Notes under the pieces: generated by a model
The model's database searches: none
Told to the model about the DNA's origin: nothing
What the model saw: the letters and a program-made list of their open reading frames with translations, nothing else
Program-made: the position numbers and the translations under genes
Part shown: piece by piece, positions 48,820-52,993 of the stretch
Position numbering within the stretch: the stretch's first letter is position 1
Layout: the number at the start of each line of letters is the position of its first letter
Origin: Octopus bimaculoides
Taxonomy: Eukaryota
Direction: 5' to 3'
DNA length: 52,993 nucleotides
Assembly (NCBI RefSeq): GCF_001194135.2
Contig: NC_068989.1
Location: 96,240,732 to 96,293,724 of the forward strand

Positions 48820-49677
48820 ATGGATGAGGATAGCTGTGTGAAAATGTGCCACACCCTAGCGGTTGAGGGAGCCTGTGGAATAGGCAGGCCCAGGATGACC
48901 TAGGATGAGGTGGTGAAGCACGACCTCCGAACTTTAGGCCTCACTGAGGCAATGACTTCTGACCAAGACCTTTGGAAATATGCTGTGCGTGAGAAGACTC
49001 GGCAAGCCATGTGAGACAAAAATCCAAGGCCTCTGCCAGGGATGTAGCCAGCCCACTTATGCGTAACATTTCTTCTTTGGACACTAAACTCCACTTGCGA
49101 AGACCTGTTGAGGCAAGCGAAATCGAAATCGAAATCAATCTATAGACTGGCACTCATGCCAACATCTTCATTGAAGACTAAACTCGGCTTGCAAAGCCCT
49201 GTTGGGGCAAGTGATAGCGAAATCGTGATGGCACCTGTACCAGTAAATCACTAAGAGCACCGTCCGAGCGTGATCGTTGCCAGAGCACCAGCTGTCTGGC
49301 TTCCGTGTCAGAGGCACGTAAATAGCACCATTTGAGCATGATCGTTACCAACGTCGCCCTCCTGGCACGTGAAAAGACATTCGAGTGAGTTCATTGCCAG
49401 TGCCGCTGAACTGGCTCCTGTGCAGGTGACACGTAAAATACATCATTTCGAGCATGGCCGTTGCCAGTACCTGCTGACTGGCCTTCGTGCCGGTGGCATG
49501 TAAAAGCACCCACTACACTCTCGGAGTGGTTGGCGTTAGGAAGGGCACCCAGCTGTAGAAACTCTGCCAAATCAGATTGGAGCCTGGTGTAGCCATCTGG
49601 TTCACCAGTCCTCAGTCAAATCGTCCAACCCATGCTAGCATGGAAAGCGGACATTAAACGATGATGATGATGATGAC
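48820..49677 (+). mobile_element. Young RTE LINE 3' portion: ORF C-terminus (48820-49014), long 3' UTR with internal repeats, (GAT)n tail
   Basis: MDEDSCVKMCHTLAVEGACGIGRPRMT*DEVVKHDLRTLGLTEAMTSDQDLWKYAVREKTRQAM*; CpG-rich, little decay. Confidence 0.9.
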
Positions 49678-50129
49678 ATGACATGCAGATAAGGTTATAT
49701 TCCAAGCTGTGTTCTCTTGAAGGACATCTTCCCATTCCAGTACTCCAAGTTGTATGTTGGTGTCACATTTGCGAGATGTATGCTAAAGAGTTGAAAAATA
49801 TTAGAAAATATTTAATACAGAATAATTCCAAATCAAAATTGGAGATTGGAAAAAATTTTGGTATTATTTATTCACCATTACATGCTTTTCATTTGCTAAT
49901 AGGAGATACAAAATTGTACATGTGGTAGAAATATGTAAGATATCTCCTATTAGAAATTCTTTGGACAGAGAATCAAATGATTATTTGATTCTCTGTCTGA
50001 AGAATTTATACAATAATCCCTCACCAAATCACGGTTCACCTATCGCAGTTTATTATTTAAGCTTACGTCGATTCCACTGTGGTGTTCTTTTGCATTCATT
50101 ATAAAATAGATATATACAAATTATAAAAA

Positions 50130-50212
50130 TAATGAAAAAAATATACAGGACTGTTTATACTTTGCAGATTTTCACCTATCACAGGGGGTTTGGGATAGTC
50201 GAGGCATTACTG
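50130..50212 (-). mobile_element. pogo/Tigger-like TIR end (MITE)
   Basis: Minus strand TA|CAGTAATGCCTCGACTATC..., a Tigger-type CAGTA..CCTCG terminus inside a TA run. Confidence 0.55.
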
Positions 50213-51914
50213 TATATATATATATATNNNNNNNNNNNNNNNNNNNNNNNNNNNNNNNNNNNNNNNNATATATATAAAATCTGTTATTCAATTCAATAGA
50301 ATTTTTGACACTTGACCCCTTGACCCCCATTCCAAACCTTTGCATAAACAACATAAGAAGAGACTTTAAGAGAGAATATTAAACATGTTCTCAACAACCT
50401 ACAGAATATGGGAGCAAACTGTTTTAGGTTCTAATTTTTAAATTTTATTTTCTAATTTTTTACTTTAAAAATTTCTAATAATTGATAAGATCGACAGACA
50501 CAACAGAACCGGTAATATTTTATTAAAGTCACTTAATGTAACAAATATATAAACACCTATCTTGTCTGATTGAAGGAAAAAGTGAAAAGAATCTTTCAAC
50601 ATACTTCCATGCTTTTACTTTTTCATCTACACACACACACACACACACATGGGTGAGTGTGTGTGTGTATTGTGTTCCACCTGTAGCCTTTTTCTGCATT
50701 TCCTTATATGTCTTTTAAGTTTCATTTTGGCACAATAAACTTTCTTTGAATGCACCAATATTTCAAGAACCTTTCTGCTTGTTATCTCATGGATGCCAGG
50801 ATTTTAGATTTTGATGAAGATTGTTATTACCGATTCTTTTATGCTGCTCTGTCTGTTTCTCATTTGTTATTTTCCAAGTGCCCACACACATTTCATGGCA
50901 GCTGACCATAAATCTCTATGAAGAAGTGTCTTTGCAGCATATGATATCACAAACAACAAAACAAAATTAGATAAAAAAACAAAAAAAACATTTGTGGATA
51001 CGTTAAAAACATCACCACTCCACAACTGCTTCTAAAAAATAAAAAAAATGCAGCGTAAAGCTTTATTCCTGAAAATTATATTAATAGCAAAATATTATAC
51101 GAAAGCCAATATGCAGATGTGGATCCTAATTAGAAAGTAATGCAAGGCACTGTAACCAAACTATTTTCCGATTCCCGAAGAAAAGAGAAAAAATGAGGTG
51201 TGAAGAAAGATTCAAATTCCATGATAACCTATCAGAAAGTGATACAACATGATTTCTGCCTACAGTAAAAATGGCTAAAATGACCACCGAAGTTAATTCC
51301 TTCCAGAAGGTCTGAAAAACATCAATGAATGCCTGGAATTTTATTGTTCCAAAGGAACACATAAAAACTGTTCCAGAAAGTAAATATGAAATAATCTATA
51401 ATAATAAAGAAATGGTTATAACTGGAGCAGAGATGCATTTTTATTGGAGCATTCTTAAATACATTCACATACGCACACTAGAATAAGAATAGCCTGAGCA
51501 AAGTTCAGAAAGCTTCTGTCCCCTATTGGTAACAAAGGGTCTCTTCTTGCTCAGAGTGAAAGGTAGATTGTATGATGCATGTGTGTGCATGCTTCATGGC
51601 AGTTGACTACATTTGCCCCCCCCCCGCCCCTTTGAATCTGAACGAACAACATCAAAAGTGATGCTGACAGTTGCTTTTGTTTTGTTTTATCTCTACTCCT
51701 GTGGTTCATTATTGAAGCATTACCATCACCATCATCATCATTATCATCATCGGGAGAGCTGAAAGTAAAAAAGATGTTGTTATGTTGAAATACTGCAATA
51801 TCTGAAGCAAACGCCTTGGAACGACTGTTAAAACTGATCATCTTATGGTCATCAGATTGTCTAAAATACCCCAGAAACAAATTTTAAATATTGAAACACC
51901 CTCCTTATGGTCAT

Positions 51915-52089
51915 GGTAGTGCCATCTTAAGGAATGACCATTCTGGGCACTTGCCCAGGGGTCTCACAAGTGCAGGGACACAATTCTGATCTATGGATAC
52001 TATGGCTCTTATCAGTAAATAAATAATACTAAGAGGCAAATGCATTGATTTCCCTGGGGCCCAATAATGCTGTCAAGGTGGCCTTGGGT
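51915..52089. mobile_element. Possible small MITE with decayed GGCCRTCTTAA-type termini
   Basis: tgccatcttaagg... and ...tgctgtcaaggtggcct are imperfect inverted ends. Confidence 0.3.
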
Positions 52090-52295
52090 CCTGGCCTTGC
52101 TTCTTTGGATTATCTCCTGTTTGCTCTATTTAAAGATGCCTTGAGAGATTATCTATTTGCTTCGGACCAAGCAGTGAAGGAAGAAGTTTATTGATACCTT
52201 GTCTCTTAGTCAAAAATATTTCTTAACAGAGCCCAAAGAAGCTGAAGTAATGATGGACTGAATATGATAAGAAGCAAAAGCAGTTTGTTAAAAAA
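52090..52295 (+). mobile_element. Mariner transposase C-terminal relic
   Basis: PGLASLDYLLFALFKDALRDYLFASDQAVKEEVY*YLVS*SKIF matches the mariner consensus SPDLAPSDYHLFxxLKxxLRGxRFxSDEEVK. Confidence 0.7.
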
Positions 52296-52544
52296 AAAAC
52301 AGGAAGGACAGGTTCATACTTTTTAAATCTCTGTTGTTGTTCACTTAATAAATATTAGAAAAGAATGAAAATCAAACAACAGGTCGTTGAACATTGCTTT
52401 TGTTTGGAGCAAATATGAAATGCAACTGAAGAGATCTTTCAAGTTCACAACCTTTACCAAACGAGAGGGGAAACTGTTTGTTGTATTGAGCTATAATTTT
52501 TCTGCCAACAGAATAAAAAGTGACTCTAAGTGCATTTACAGGTA

Positions 52545-52885
52545 ATTAATGCTTCAGTGTCACTTTGGATATGTGTCTTGTATTATATAGACTCAGATTG
52601 ACCAAAGGCATGTGAGTGGAATTAGTAGATGGAAACTGAAAGAAGCCCATCCTGAATATATATTTTCACTCTTTTTTTCTCTTTTACTTGCTTCAGTCAT
52701 TTGACTGCAGCCAGGCTGGAGCACTGCCTTTAGTCGAGCAAATCAACCCCAGGACTTATTCTTTGGAAGCCTAGTACTTATTCTATCAATCTTTTTTGCC
52801 GAACCGCCAAGTTATGGGGACGTAAACACACCAGCATCAGTTGTCGAGTGATGTTTGTGGGACAAACACAGACACACAAACATAC
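52545..52885. mobile_element. SINE family A: head fragment (+, about 52545-52655) and a young 3' half (-, about 52680-52885)
   Basis: ccaaaggcatgtgagtggaattagtagatggaaactgaaagaagccc; cttttacttgcttcagtcatttgactgcagccaggctggagcac...gacgtaaacacaccagcatc. Confidence 0.8.
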
Positions 52886-52962
52886 AGACACACACACATA
52901 TATATACACACATATATATACATATATGTATATATATACATATATATATATACATATATGTA

Positions 52963-52993
<31 letters not shown>

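Noticed and set aside
51126-51450. THAP-like HCNQTIFRFPKK and Tc1-like AWNFIVPKEHIK fragments
   Set aside because: Too short and interrupted; the diagnostic C2CH or DDE residues are absent.

Overview
AT-rich, intron-dominated eukaryotic scaffold with 8 N-gaps. It is packed with microsatellites, tRNA-derived SINEs, LINE relics (RTE, CR1-like, Jockey/CR1-group, R4/Dong-like) and Tc1/mariner relics. The repeat families look like those I recall from Octopus, so a coleoid cephalopod origin is inferred, not shown. The one host coding feature I can identify is a 662-nt internal exon of THUMPD3 (tRNA m2G6 methyltransferase) at 36783-37444 (+), with clean AG/GT boundaries. I could not find its neighbouring exons in the resolved sequence. 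Most ORFs in the supplied track are microsatellite or gap artefacts. Best second-look items: a 111-bp ~91% fold-back hairpin downstream of the THUMPD3 exon (candidate ADAR substrate), a decayed Tc1 element with DD36E spacing, a CR1 LINE sharing its 3' tail with the dominant SINE, tandem multimers of an RTE C-terminal module, a ~27-bp periodic TGAAATAT array, an 18-nt microexon candidate and twin hairpins near 49.9 kb. I found no convincing novel multi-gene system. Repeat boundaries are approximate (about +/-20 nt), and family names come from recalled motifs, not database searches.
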